From the NCBI GenBank assembly GCA_963818965.1, contig CAWFUG010000011.1, positions 160,001 to 224,000 of the forward strand: a stretch of DNA of 64,000 bases, in the 5' to 3' direction. The position numbers were made by a program, and so were the translations under genes. A model generated the notes under the pieces. That model did not search any database. It saw only the letters and a program-made list of their open reading frames with translations, and was not told the DNA's origin. This document shows positions 19,141-28,401 of the stretch, in pieces (the first letter of the stretch is position 1; every line of letters begins with the position of its first letter). The stretch comes from an uncultured Verrucomicrobiae bacterium (GTDB lineage Bacteria; Chlamydiota; Chlamydiia; Chlamydiales; Rhabdochlamydiaceae).

Positions 19141-20289
19141 TTAAGAAGTTGCCTTTGATTTCCGAAATGCTAGAATAGCGTCCAAAACGCCACTTTCTCT
19201 CCATCGCCTCGACTGCGATTTTACGACTTCTCGGGGTATCGAAGACAACAGTGGATCCGCGCGCTTGCTTCGCATTTTGTGCAAAATAGCGTTAAGAATC
19301 GCGAGCTGGTCATGTGTGGGAGGACGTCCTCTACTCTTTTTAAGCAATGGGAGCTCTTGACACATCCGCCCCCACTCTTCCGGAGTAACAGATTCCAAAT
19401 GCGGCTCACCTAATGATTTCCTGACTACTTCCGCTCTAATAGGAGGACGGAGTGACAGCGAAGACACGGATCTGATACCCGCTTTTTTTGCGGCTGCTCT
19501 TATGTAGCTCTCCACTTGGACTGACGACAAAGGAGCACCATGAGTGTTCGAAAAAACAAAAATGGAATCATCTTTTATCTGCTGACAAAGGGATTTCCAA
19601 AGACGCGGAGAGAGGAATGTAGTGAGCATGTGAGTTCCGGTAGAGATAGACCTACTTAAGCTAATCCAATTCTGGCCATCAGTAGAGGTCGGCGCTACGT
19701 CTGATATTTGTAATCGAACAACCTCTTCCAAAGTGACATACCCACCGCCTTGGGGAAAAAAAACATTGATTTCTCGAATAATGTCACAAATGAGAGCGAC
19801 CTGAGAAGAGATCTTCTTTAACTCTTTCCGAAAACTTCTATATTCGGCATCGGAAAAGGGCTTCTTTTTCCTTGCCTCATCTTCAAAACGACGAATTGAC
19901 CTAGTTCTTCTTTTCACAGCCGTTTGCACGGGCTCTATACTCCCATCTTGGGTTACATGAGGCGTGCAAACGGGCCCTATAACCCAAGGCAAATATATAT
20001 CAAATTTTCTGCAAAGCGCTTTTAATTTTTCAGCTTCCATATTCCACGGTAAAATACATGCTACTATCCGACTACATTGCTTTTCCCATGCCAGTGTACA
20101 ATCTCTCGTCTCAAGCTCTGGAACTTTTTCCTCTCCCAGAATCTTAACCCATTGACGCCTCAACTTGCCTGAAACAGGGTCATCTGCACCTTTGGGAACA
20201 AAGAACATGGGGACGCCGACCCACATTCCCTGATAATATGCTACCCCAAAGGCTTGAATGAATTCTGATTTTAGATCGTTTTCAGACAC
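19141..20289 (-). CDS. degenerate tyrosine-recombinase-like protein with a C-terminal IS5-type HTH-like segment
   Basis: EEVVRLQISDV, VFSNTHGAPLS..AAAKKAGIRSVSSLSLR (HxLR altered, no LGH/Tyr); tail TPEEW..GRPP..ILNAILH..RRWRESGV. Confidence 0.55.
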   Translation of the reverse strand: MSENDLKSEFIQAFGVAYYQGMWVGVPMFFVPKGADDPVSGKLRRQWVKILGEEKVPELETRDCTLAWEKQCSRIVACILPWNMEAEKLKALCRKFDIYLPWVIGPVCTPHVTQDGSIEPVQTAVKRRTRSIRRFEDEARKKKPFSDAEYRSFRKELKKISSQVALICDIIREINVFFPQGGGYVTLEEVVRLQISDVAPTSTDGQNWISLSRSISTGTHMLTTFLSPRLWKSLCQQIKDDSIFVFSNTHGAPLSSVQVESYIRAAAKKAGIRSVSSLSLRPPIRAEVVRKSLGEPHLESVTPEEWGRMCQELPLLKKSRGRPPTHDQLAILNAILHKMRSKRADPLLSSIPREVVKSQSRRWRESGVLDAILAFRKSKATS

Positions 20290-20296
20290 GGGTCAC

Positions 20297-21436
20297 CTAT
20301 CCTATAAAGTTTTGGTTCATTCGATCGATCACAGCATGTTTGTGGGTATCACTTAAATGAGCGTAACGTTTCACCATTACAAGAGTTTTGTGTCCCAAAA
20401 TTTCTGAAATTTCTGCTAAGGAAGCACCACTCATAGCAAGGTAGCTTGCAGCACAATGGCGGAGATCATGAAACCTAAAATTTTCTATCTGAGCTTTTTT
20501 CAATGCACTATCCCAGGCGCTCCTCAATTGAGTGGGCTTTTGAACCTTTTGAACCCTCTCTAAGTCGCACTTTTGCAAACTAAAATGAGAATGAAGTTTG
20601 TCAGAACTTTGACTACCATTTTGAGATTTTACTTTAGGGAAGAGAAGCTGAGTATCGATATGACGTCGCTTTTCTAACTGGGATAATAATTCCAAAGCCT
20701 GACCCGCAACCGGAACAGCGCGACGCTCTCCATTTTTTGTTTCCTGCAAAATGATTCTCTTCCGATTCAGATCAACGTCAGCCCAAGTCAAATTGAGGAT
20801 TTCGCTATAGCGCATGCCAGTTGAAATGGCCAGAACGACCACAGGATAAAGAGCTGGATTCGTGCTCTCCCTACAGGCTTGAAGGAGACGTTCTCTTTCA
20901 TATTCATCCAAGAACCGCACCCGTCCACGAGATTCCTTGAGTTTAGAGACCTTCCTCATCGGAGAATCTTCCAACCATCCCCATTCTTTTACTGCAATCG
21001 ACAGAGCATGACTAAGCGCACTTAGGTATCTCACAACAGTTGCGGGAGAACGTTGAGTACCGCGATACGTTACCCCACCGAGCAATTCATCTCTCTTTTC
21101 CCCGATCAACGCGGGTGAAATATCCGCCAACAAATAGCTGCCGAGATGTTCTTTCCACCATAAAAGCTGAGCGGTTTGTTTTTTTTGGCTTTTTTTCTTT
21201 TTTGGAAGGACGTCTCTAATGTACCTATCGATCAAATCCCCTAAAGTATGCTTTTTTGCCTCTGTAGTCTTGAAATGTCGCCCATCTCTGATTGCGGCTT
21301 CCGTTTGTTGCGCCCATCGTTTAGCATCAGCACTGCGAGCAAATGTCGCAGTCTCAGGAGGATGCCCCTTCAGACGAATTTTAACCCTGTATTGATCCTT
21401 ACCATCTTTAGTCTTACGCTTTTCGATTGCTGCCAT
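20297..21436 (-). CDS. tyrosine integrase
   Basis: TGMRYSEI, FHDLRH, LGHK, RYAH all intact; ATG 21436 with GGAG RBS preferred over 21583. Confidence 0.95.
   Translation of the reverse strand: MAAIEKRKTKDGKDQYRVKIRLKGHPPETATFARSADAKRWAQQTEAAIRDGRHFKTTEAKKHTLGDLIDRYIRDVLPKKKKSQKKQTAQLLWWKEHLGSYLLADISPALIGEKRDELLGGVTYRGTQRSPATVVRYLSALSHALSIAVKEWGWLEDSPMRKVSKLKESRGRVRFLDEYERERLLQACRESTNPALYPVVVLAISTGMRYSEILNLTWADVDLNRKRIILQETKNGERRAVPVAGQALELLSQLEKRRHIDTQLLFPKVKSQNGSQSSDKLHSHFSLQKCDLERVQKVQKPTQLRSAWDSALKKAQIENFRFHDLRHCAASYLAMSGASLAEISEILGHKTLVMVKRYAHLSDTHKHAVIDRMNQNFIG
20537..20558 (-). repeat. iteron-like 22-mer, copy 3 (inside the integrase, encodes RVQKVQK)
   Basis: CTTTTGAACCTTTTGAACCCTC. 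Confidence 0.7.
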
Positions 21437-21572
21437 AAGAACGCTCCAATTTTTCAAAAGCTGAAATATACGAAAGCCGCCAATATTAGACAACAAGGGA
21501 TATACATTCACCTGCATAACACAATCTAAATCATTGACTGACAACGGATATTCAGTGGTCTTAATCCGGAAA

Positions 21573-21590
21573 GGGACACTCATGGGACAC
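21573..21590 (-). promoter_or_regulatory. putative arm-type sites, inverted pair
   Basis: GGGACACTCATGGGACAC; reverse complement GTGTCCCATGAGTGTCCC. Confidence 0.6.
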
Positions 21591-21679
21591 TAAAAGCAAA
21601 AATCACACGCAGAGATGGAGCAAAGCTTCACCACAGTTACTTTGCGTGAATGAGAAAAGCGTTGGAATAAGTGAAATAG

Positions 21680-21701
21680 TGCTGTCCCATCTGCGTCCCA
21701 T
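21680..21701 (+). promoter_or_regulatory. putative arm-type sites
   Basis: TGCTGTCCCATCTGCGTCCCAT, matches 10836-10857. Confidence 0.7.
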
Positions 21702-21762
21702 CTAGGGATTTGAAAGGGTAAAAACGAAGACGATTTTTGAGCGAGATTTTGTCTATGGAATT

Positions 21763-21844
21763 TGGGGGCGATTGGACTCGAACCAACGAAGACCGAAGTC
21801 GAGGGATTTACAGTCCCTTGCAATTGCCACTATGCGACACCCCC
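21763..21844 (-). tRNA. tRNA-Tyr(GTA), integration target
   Basis: GGGGGTGTCGCATAGTGGC..GACTGTAAATC..GGTTCGAGTCC..CGCCCCCA cloverleaf with long variable arm. Confidence 0.97.
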
Positions 21845-21859
21845 AGGAAGAGGAAAGGA

Positions 21860-21931
21860 TGCTGGCGAAAGGACTTGAACCCTCAACCGTCCGCTTACAA
21901 GGCGGATGCTCTACCATTGAGCTACACCAGC
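21860..21931 (-). tRNA. tRNA-Thr(TGT)
   Basis: GCTGGTGTAGCTCAATGGTAGAGC..CTTGTAA..GGTTCAAGTCC..CCAGCA. Confidence 0.97.
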
Positions 21932-22002
21932 TTAAGAAGTGAATATTCTAGAATTTATCGAATTTTAGCTCAAGAAGTTAATCTCTCGTCTCGAAAAATT
22001 CT

Positions 22003-22254
22003 CTATTTAGAAGGCGGTTTAGAAGAGAATCTCTGAGCGAAAGAGGCTTCTGCTTCTGAGGGAGCTGCGGGCGCTGCGGCTCTTTGGAAAAAAAGTGAGG
22101 AGATTTTTGCTGGAGCATTCCCCTCTTGTGATTGGGCAGGTGTGGAAAGGATCTCTGCGCGGATCTTCTTTCCTCGGCCTGAGGTTTCACAACATTTTTT
22201 GTGCTTCTTTCCCGATCCGCAAGGACAGGGATCATTTCTTCCGACTTTTTCCAT
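22003..22254 (-). CDS. SEC-C motif protein
   Basis: [20 protein letters not shown]. Confidence 0.85.
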   Translation of the reverse strand: MEKVGRNDPCPCGSGKKHKKCCETSGRGKKIRAEILSTPAQSQEGNAPAKISSLFFQRAAAPAAPSEAEASFAQRFSSKPPSK

Positions 22255-22344
22255 TTTTTACCATTTTCTTTTATAGGGAACGGGAGGAAGTATCAAAAAA
22301 AGGCTGATTTTTAGTCTACCAAAAATAGTGAAAATGGGGGTACA

Positions 22345-23127
22345 ATGTCCTCTATGCCAGATGAATCTGTTACTGATTTTTTTAAAGAACACTTCCCTTT
22401 AGCAATTCCTCCTTGGACTCAAGGGGGACGAAAATTAGAGAGCATGTGCCGTAAAGCTCTTTATGAGTTCGGGCTATTGGAAGGCGTAGAGAAGGTCGCT
22501 ATTGCGCTCAGCGGGGGCAAAGATAGTCTCACGTTGCTCTATTTGCTCAATGCGATTTCGGGTAAGGGGTTTCCCCCTTTTGAGCTGATGGCGATTCACG
22601 TCGGGGGTCCTTTTTCTTGTGGCGCGGGGGTGAGCGAAGGGTTTTTAAGGGGCATCTGCGAGGGGCTCGGTGTGCCGCTTGTGGTGGCTACCTCGCAGCA
22701 AAAACTAGAAGATCTCGAGTGTTACAGCTGCTCGCGAGAGCGGCGCCGATTGATTTTCGATGCGGCAAAGGCTGCGGGATTTACGACGGTGGCCTTCGGG
22801 CACCACCGCGAGGACAATGCTGAGACGCTCTTTATGAATTTACTGCATAAGGGAGAGTTCGCGGGGATGCTGCCTAAGGTGCCTCTGCACGACTTTGGAG
22901 TGACGCTCATCCGCCCTTTGATCTTTATCGCTGAAGAGGAAATCCGCAAGTTTGCCCAGATGTATGGGTTTGCACGAATCGTCTGCCAGTGTCCTGTGGG
23001 ACAGGTATCTCTTAGACGCAGGGTGAAAGGGGCGATTCAGGATTTGGAAAAGACATTTCCCAACGCGTGGGGAAATCTGTCGCAGGCATCGCTGCTGTAC
23101 GGCTCTGATAAAGCACTCCGTAAGTGA
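22345..23127 (+). CDS. ttcA: TtcA-family tRNA 2-thiocytidine biosynthesis protein
   Basis: PP-loop SGGKDS, CYSC, GHHRED, IRPL, CQCP. Confidence 0.8.
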   Translation: MSSMPDESVTDFFKEHFPLAIPPWTQGGRKLESMCRKALYEFGLLEGVEKVAIALSGGKDSLTLLYLLNAISGKGFPPFELMAIHVGGPFSCGAGVSEGFLRGICEGLGVPLVVATSQQKLEDLECYSCSRERRRLIFDAAKAAGFTTVAFGHHREDNAETLFMNLLHKGEFAGMLPKVPLHDFGVTLIRPLIFIAEEEIRKFAQMYGFARIVCQCPVGQVSLRRRVKGAIQDLEKTFPNAWGNLSQASLLYGSDKALRK

Positions 23128-23190
23128 CGCGCCCAAATTGCAATTTTTTGCTCAACTGGGATATAATAGAAAGATGTTGAAGAAGGGATT

Positions 23191-24630
23191 ATGATTGCTC
23201 ACGAATTGGTTGCGGTTCTCTGTTATTTTGTCGTCTTGATCGGAATTGGGGTGTTTTCTTACCGCAAGAATCTGTCTGAAGCGGATTTTATCATCGGCGG
23301 CCGCTCGATGAACTATTGGCTAACAGCACTTGCAGCACATGCGAGCGACATGAGTAGTTGGTTGTTCATGGGATACCCCGCAACGATCTTGACGATGGGA
23401 CTCTTTCAGGGGTGGGCCGCCATTGGGCTGATCTTCTTCATGTTCTTGAATTGGCAGCTGGTCGCTCCGAAAATCAGAATAGCGACAGAGCAGTACAATA
23501 GTCTGACATTTTCTTCTTTTTTTGAAAGCCGTTTGGCAGACACTTCGGGAACGATTCGGATTTTCACAGCGATCATCTCTTTGGTCTTTTATACGATTTA
23601 CATCTCTTCGGGAGTCGTGGGATTGGGGCTTCTGCTCGACACACTTTTTGCCATCCCCTATCAGTGGGGTATCGTAATTGGGCTCTGCGTTATGGTCCCT
23701 TACGTGTTTACAGGGGGATTTGTAACGCTGGCTTGGATCGATCTTTTCCAGGGTTTTTTCCTAATGATCGTCATCCTCCTCGTTCCTTTTTTGCTTTTCT
23801 CGAGTGTGGGCGGATGGAGTGGGATCTCTCAGGCGATGGAATGGAAGCATCTGACAACGGGGCTCTTTCCCGATTTCTCTGGTAGGACGTGGCTGCAGAT
23901 TTTCTTTGTCATCACGGGATGGGGTCTGGGATACTTCGGGCAACCGCACATCGTGACTAAATTCATGGGGATCAGAAATGTCCATGAAATTTCTAAATCG
24001 AAGTGGATCGGAATGAGCTGGATGACGATCTCTCTGGCTGCGGCTACTCTCGTAGGGCTCGTCGGAATCTCCTATTTTTCCAACGGGCTGAATAATCCAG
24101 AGCTCGTCTTCATCGAAATGGTACGCCAGTCTTTTTCTCCTTTTTCAGTGGGAATAATCCTCTGCGCCGTGCTCGCTGCGACGATCAATGCGACAAGCTC
24201 TCAAGTGTTAGTGCTAAGCTCCAATATTACAGAGGACTTCTACAAGCGGATCTTCAGAAAAACTGCCTCTTCGCAAGAGCTTCTCATTGTCGCAAGAGTA
24301 GGTGTGATTGCAGTGGCGCTGGTCGCTTTTTCGATTGCGTTTATGAAGATCAGTTCGATCTATTCTCTGGTTCTCTACGCCTGGTCGGGACTCGGCGCGT
24401 CGTTTGGTCCTCTTCTGCTCCTCTGCCTCTACTGGAAAAAAGTCAATAAATACGGCGCCTGGAGCGGAATTCTCTTAGGAGGAATCATCTCTGGAATATG
24501 GCCCTACTTCAATCACTCGATCCCTCCTCTTTTGCCGGGGTTCACTCTCAGTTTTCTGTCGATTATCGTCATCTCGTTAGCGACGCAACCTAAAATAACT
24601 CGAGGTTCACATGACACAAACAAAACCTAA
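23191..24630 (+). CDS. putP: sodium/proline symporter
   Basis: ASDMSSWLFMG, GWGLGYFGQPHI, AWSGLGASFGP; many TM segments. Confidence 0.88.
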   Translation: MIAHELVAVLCYFVVLIGIGVFSYRKNLSEADFIIGGRSMNYWLTALAAHASDMSSWLFMGYPATILTMGLFQGWAAIGLIFFMFLNWQLVAPKIRIATEQYNSLTFSSFFESRLADTSGTIRIFTAIISLVFYTIYISSGVVGLGLLLDTLFAIPYQWGIVIGLCVMVPYVFTGGFVTLAWIDLFQGFFLMIVILLVPFLLFSSVGGWSGISQAMEWKHLTTGLFPDFSGRTWLQIFFVITGWGLGYFGQPHIVTKFMGIRNVHEISKSKWIGMSWMTISLAAATLVGLVGISYFSNGLNNPELVFIEMVRQSFSPFSVGIILCAVLAATINATSSQVLVLSSNITEDFYKRIFRKTASSQELLIVARVGVIAVALVAFSIAFMKISSIYSLVLYAWSGLGASFGPLLLLCLYWKKVNKYGAWSGILLGGIISGIWPYFNHSIPPLLPGFTLSFLSIIVISLATQPKITRGSHDTNKT

Positions 24631-25399
24631 AATATTATTGGTCAATGACGATGGGATCGGTGCTCCTGGGCTCAAGGCTCTTTGGGAGGCGTTGCACGAT
24701 TGCGCAGAGATCTCCATCATCGCCCCTGCGACAGAAAAATCGGGAGCAGGACTCGGTATTACTCTGAGAAAACCCTTGCTAATCGAAGCAGTTGCTTGGG
24801 ACAAAGCGACGCCTGCATGGAAAGTAACGGGAACCCCTGCGGACTGCGTGCGTTTGGGGATTAGCACAATCTTGGATAGCATTCCCGACCTCATCGTCTC
24901 GGGGATTAACCGGGGCTCAAATGCGGGCAAAACGGTTTTGTATAGCGGAACAGTCGGTGGAGTCATCGAAGGCACCCTGCGCGGTATTCCGGGGATTGCG
25001 TTGTCTTGTCACGATTTTGAAAACCCCGATTATGGACGCACGAAGCGCTGGATCTCATCTCTCGTGGCTCACCTCCTCGAACATCCCCTTCCCAAGGGGA
25101 CTCTGCTAAATGTTAACTTCCCCGACACCCCAGAAATCCTCGGATTAAAACTCGCAAAACAGGGGCAAAGTTACTGGATCGAGGACCCAGAGCACCGTCT
25201 CCATCCTGAAGGGCACTCCTATTATTGGCTCGGGGGCAAATGGAAGGCCTTAGAAGAGCCAGAAGACAGCGATGTTCTCTTTTTAGAAAAGGGGTATGCA
25301 GCAGCAGTTCCCATCCACGTTTCTGAATTAACGCATATGGGTTTCTTTAAAGAGAGAAAAGAGCATTTTGACGCTCATTTTAATGAGATAGGTTCTTAG
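24611..25399 (+). CDS. surE: 5'/3'-nucleotidase SurE
   Basis: NDDGI, GTPADCV, SGINRG, YSGTV. Confidence 0.95.
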   Translation: MTQTKPKILLVNDDGIGAPGLKALWEALHDCAEISIIAPATEKSGAGLGITLRKPLLIEAVAWDKATPAWKVTGTPADCVRLGISTILDSIPDLIVSGINRGSNAGKTVLYSGTVGGVIEGTLRGIPGIALSCHDFENPDYGRTKRWISSLVAHLLEHPLPKGTLLNVNFPDTPEILGLKLAKQGQSYWIEDPEHRLHPEGHSYYWLGGKWKALEEPEDSDVLFLEKGYAAAVPIHVSELTHMGFFKERKEHFDAHFNEIGS

Positions 25400-25402
25400 C
25401 CG

Positions 25403-25852
25403 CTAGGGTTGCATGCCGATCTTCCAGGCTTCGTGCGGATGCCCTTTTTTGCGAGCGAGGGTCCGTTCAAAGGCGTCGAGCTTGACGAGAGCTTCTTGCT
25501 GAGAGCGTTCGATGAGCTCTCTCGCTCCTTCTAGAGCGTAAATCCTCCGGAGCTCCTCCTGGAGCTGTTGCGAGATCCTCTGCGTCGACCGATTTTTTTC
25601 TAAAGGGACATCCTCTGGATGACGCTCCTGAAATTCACGGGCTTGGATGAATAGATCGACAAGAGACTCAAATTTTTTCTTCAGAGTGGGCTCTAAAGGG
25701 ATTAGCTGCTCGTACTGTTCTACTTTTTCTAACAGTTCTACGATCCCTTTACAACGCGACTCCCCTTCACGCTGAAAGTCCTCTAGGGAACTCGGCGCAC
25801 AACCGCTCAAAAGGAAAAAGAAAATGAGAAGGGTCTGAAGTCGAAATACCAT
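25403..25852 (-). CDS. chlamydial hypothetical lipoprotein
   Basis: Lipobox LSGC after hydrophobic leader; start MVFRLQ more plausible than 25888. Confidence 0.65.
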   Translation of the reverse strand: MVFRLQTLLIFFFLLSGCAPSSLEDFQREGESRCKGIVELLEKVEQYEQLIPLEPTLKKKFESLVDLFIQAREFQERHPEDVPLEKNRSTQRISQQLQEELRRIYALEGARELIERSQQEALVKLDAFERTLARKKGHPHEAWKIGMQP

Positions 25853-25954
25853 GGGAATGAAGATAATTTTTTCCAAAAAAAATGTCAAAAGAACAAAAAA
25901 TCACTTGTGGAAAATCGCATCTCTCTTTAAGCTAAGCACTTTGTTATTTGTACC

Positions 25955-26027
25955 GGGCGCATAGCTCAGTTGGTAGAGCGCCTGTCTTACACACAGGTGG
26001 TCATAGGTTCGAGTCCTGTTGCGCCCA
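25955..26027 (+). tRNA. tRNA-Val(TAC)
   Basis: GGGCGCATAGCTCAGTTGG..CTTACAC..GGTTCGAGTCC..GCGCCCA. Confidence 0.97.
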
Positions 26028-26039
26028 AGAGCTCGTTAA

Positions 26040-26113
26040 GCGGGAGTAGTTCAATTGGTTAGAGCACTGCCCTGTCACGGCAGAAGTTGCGGGTTCAAAT
26101 CCCGTCTCCCGCG
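26040..26113 (+). tRNA. tRNA-Asp(GTC)
   Basis: GCGGGAGTAGTTCAATTGG..CTGTCAC..GGTTCAAATCC..CTCCCGCG. Confidence 0.97.
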
Positions 26114-26199
26114 TCTCTTTCCTTCCGAAGCTGAATAGTAAGTTTCTTTTCCAGCGAGTTTTTGCCAAGTGCGAGGCTCTTTTTCAAGACTTTAGCGCG

Positions 26200-26271
26200 C
26201 ACACCCAAATCGACTCAAAAGCTGGCTAGGGGACGGCGCGAACAGCACCATCCTCAAGCGCGCGCGGTATA
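26200..26271. repeat. short MITE family A variant (reverse of 4158-4220)
   Basis: ACCCAAATCGACTCAAAAGCTGGC...CCATCCTCAAGCGCGCGCGGTATA. Confidence 0.65.
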
Positions 26272-26362
26272 GTTATTCAGATTCAGAACAAAATTAGGCC
26301 CTTTACAAGCAAAGGGTAATCGGATAAAGTCTGATCGAACTGTATACCCCCCTAATAACCTC

Positions 26363-27271
26363 ATGGCAGCACAGCAAGCGACGCGTAAAACATACAAGCA
26401 ACACCTCTCGAATTTCTTTTGGATCGCTCTCGGCGCTTTTTTAGCTGCGATCGCTATCCGGATTTTTTTGCTCCCCAATCAATTGATCGACGGTGGCGTC
26501 GTCGGTATTGCGCTGATCATCGCTCGTCTTTATGGAGATAGCTACCTCTCCTATGCTCTGGTCGTGCTGAATCTCCCCTTCATCTACCTCGCTTTCACGC
26601 AGATCCGCCGTTCGTTTGTCGTTCAAATGCTCATCGCTGTATTGCTTTTCGCTGGGTTTTTAGCGGTGCTACGCCACATCACTCCATTCATCGGGGATCC
26701 TTTAGAGATCATCGTATTCGGCGGTGCTATCTTAGGGGTCGGGGTGGGATTGATCATCCGCCATGGCGGCTGTACAGATGGTACTGAGATTTTGGCAATT
26801 TTGATCAACCGACACAAGGGATTTACTGTCGGACAGGTCGTCCTCTTCATCAATATCTTTATATTTGCAGCCTATGGGTTGATTTTTAAAGATTGGCACA
26901 TCGCTCTCCGCTCTTTGATGACTTATTTCGTCGCTTTTAAAATGATGGACTTTGTGATCGTCGGTCTCGATGAGCTCAAATCTGTGCTGATCATCTCGAA
27001 TAAACCAAAGGATTTGGGCAATGCGATCATGAATGAATTGGGGCTGGGCTTGACGATTCTTCATGGAAAAGGGGGCTTCTCTGGAGATAGTAGAGACCTT
27101 CTGCTCGTGATCGTCGAACGCCTCGACCTCGCTGAACTCAAAGAGATCGTCCTGCGCGAAGATCCTACAGCATTTATGGCAATCGAAGACCTACACGAAG
27201 TAGTGTACGGAAAACACGCCGCGGTTCCCTATAAAAAACGCTCTCGGCGCAGGGTCCTCAAGAAAGACTGA
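26363..27271 (+). CDS. YitT-family membrane protein
   Basis: [21 protein letters not shown]-terminal DPTAF domain. Confidence 0.88.
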   Translation: MAAQQATRKTYKQHLSNFFWIALGAFLAAIAIRIFLLPNQLIDGGVVGIALIIARLYGDSYLSYALVVLNLPFIYLAFTQIRRSFVVQMLIAVLLFAGFLAVLRHITPFIGDPLEIIVFGGAILGVGVGLIIRHGGCTDGTEILAILINRHKGFTVGQVVLFINIFIFAAYGLIFKDWHIALRSLMTYFVAFKMMDFVIVGLDELKSVLIISNKPKDLGNAIMNELGLGLTILHGKGGFSGDSRDLLLVIVERLDLAELKEIVLREDPTAFMAIEDLHEVVYGKHAAVPYKKRSRRRVLKKD

Positions 27272-28151
27272 AAGTATTCGGTGTCTTATGTTCGAGGACT
27301 GTTTTTAGATAGGAGCCATATGCGCTCGTAGCGACTATGGTATAGAGTTTTTCCAGCTGCTCTTTGGAGATGTATCCTTTCTGATAAGCGATCTCTTCGA
27401 GGCATGCAATACTGATCCCCTGTCTTTCTTGGATTGTCTGCACATAGGAAGAAGCTTGTTGTAGAGCTTCATGGGTTCCTGTGTCCAACCAGGCAAATCC
27501 CCGTTCAAAAAGGCGCAACTTCAAATCCCCTTTCGATAAATAGATCCGATTGATGTCAGTAATCTCATACTCATTGCGCAAAGAGGGCTTTAGGGATTTT
27601 GCAATTTCGACAACATCGTTGTCATAAAAATAAAGGCCCGTGACTGCGATCTTTGACTTTGGATTTTGGGGTTTTTCGACGATATCGAGGATGCGGCCAG
27701 TGCTGTCGAACTCGACAACGCCATAGCGAGAGGGGTCTTTGACTTCATACCCGAAAATGATTCCCCCTTTTTCAAGAAGAGTACAGGAAGAGAGCAGCTC
27801 AGCGAGCTCTCGACCATAAAAAATATTGTCCCCCAAAATTAAAGCGACAGAATCCTCTCCGATAAATGACTCTGCGATCACAAAAGCCTGCGCAATCCCC
27901 TCTGGGCGCTCTTGGGTCATATAGGAGAGGCGAATCCCAAGCTGAGACCCATCTTTAAAGAGCTGCTCGAAACGGGGCAAATCTTCTGGTGTGGAGATGA
28001 TTAAAATCTCTTCGATCCCCGCCATCATGAGCACGGAGAGCGGATAATAGATCATCGGCTTGTCGTAGATGGGAAGCAACTGTTTGCATGTCCCCAATGT
28101 GATGGGATAAAGGCGCGTCCCCTTCCCTCCGGCTAAGATGATTCCTTTCAT
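27258..28151 (-). CDS. rfbA: glucose-1-phosphate thymidylyltransferase
   Basis: [32 protein letters not shown]. Confidence 0.95.
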   Translation of the reverse strand: MKGIILAGGKGTRLYPITLGTCKQLLPIYDKPMIYYPLSVLMMAGIEEILIISTPEDLPRFEQLFKDGSQLGIRLSYMTQERPEGIAQAFVIAESFIGEDSVALILGDNIFYGRELAELLSSCTLLEKGGIIFGYEVKDPSRYGVVEFDSTGRILDIVEKPQNPKSKIAVTGLYFYDNDVVEIAKSLKPSLRNEYEITDINRIYLSKGDLKLRLFERGFAWLDTGTHEALQQASSYVQTIQERQGISIACLEEIAYQKGYISKEQLEKLYTIVATSAYGSYLKTVLEHKTPNTFSLS

Positions 28152-28219
28152 GGGTATACCAAATTTTGAAGTAACTTATGGCCCACAGGGCAGCTCTGAG
28201 GAATATATACCGATTCTTG

Positions 28220-28391
28220 GGTGGTCCTAAACATGTAATGCTAAACAACTGGTAAGGGAGTAACGCAGAGCCGCAAAGACTTTATAAATCGTTCCATCTG
28301 TTTTCAATTTTCTCTGCGTCTTTGCGGCTCTGCGTTGTATCTCTGTCGGCTCTGTTCGTAGAGTCGGTAGCATTACATGTTTAGGACCACC
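28220..28391. mobile_element. palindromic MITE family B
   Basis: Perfect 24-bp TIR GGTGGTCCTAAACATGTAATGCTA; inner 19-bp stem AACGCAGAGCCGCAAAGAC; flanks GATTCTTG/GATTCTCA. Confidence 0.8.
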
Positions 28392-28401
28392 GATTCTCAA
28401 G

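Larger units (their letters stand above)
10669..21815 (-). mobile_element. integrative element / phage-satellite-like island in tRNA-Tyr (excised circle would be 11,094 bp)
   Basis: 53-bp perfect direct repeat 10669-10721 = 21763-21815 (3' part of tRNA-Tyr); integrase next to the tRNA; ten genes all on the minus strand. Confidence 0.93.

Noticed and set aside
21437..21583. 49-aa N-terminal extension of the integrase
   Set aside because: The upstream ATG lies in the arm-type repeat; ATG 21436 has an RBS and a typical integrase N-terminus.
10722..21762. Complete prophage or ICE
   Set aside because: No capsid, portal, large terminase, tail, lysis, relaxase or T4SS genes are recognisable.
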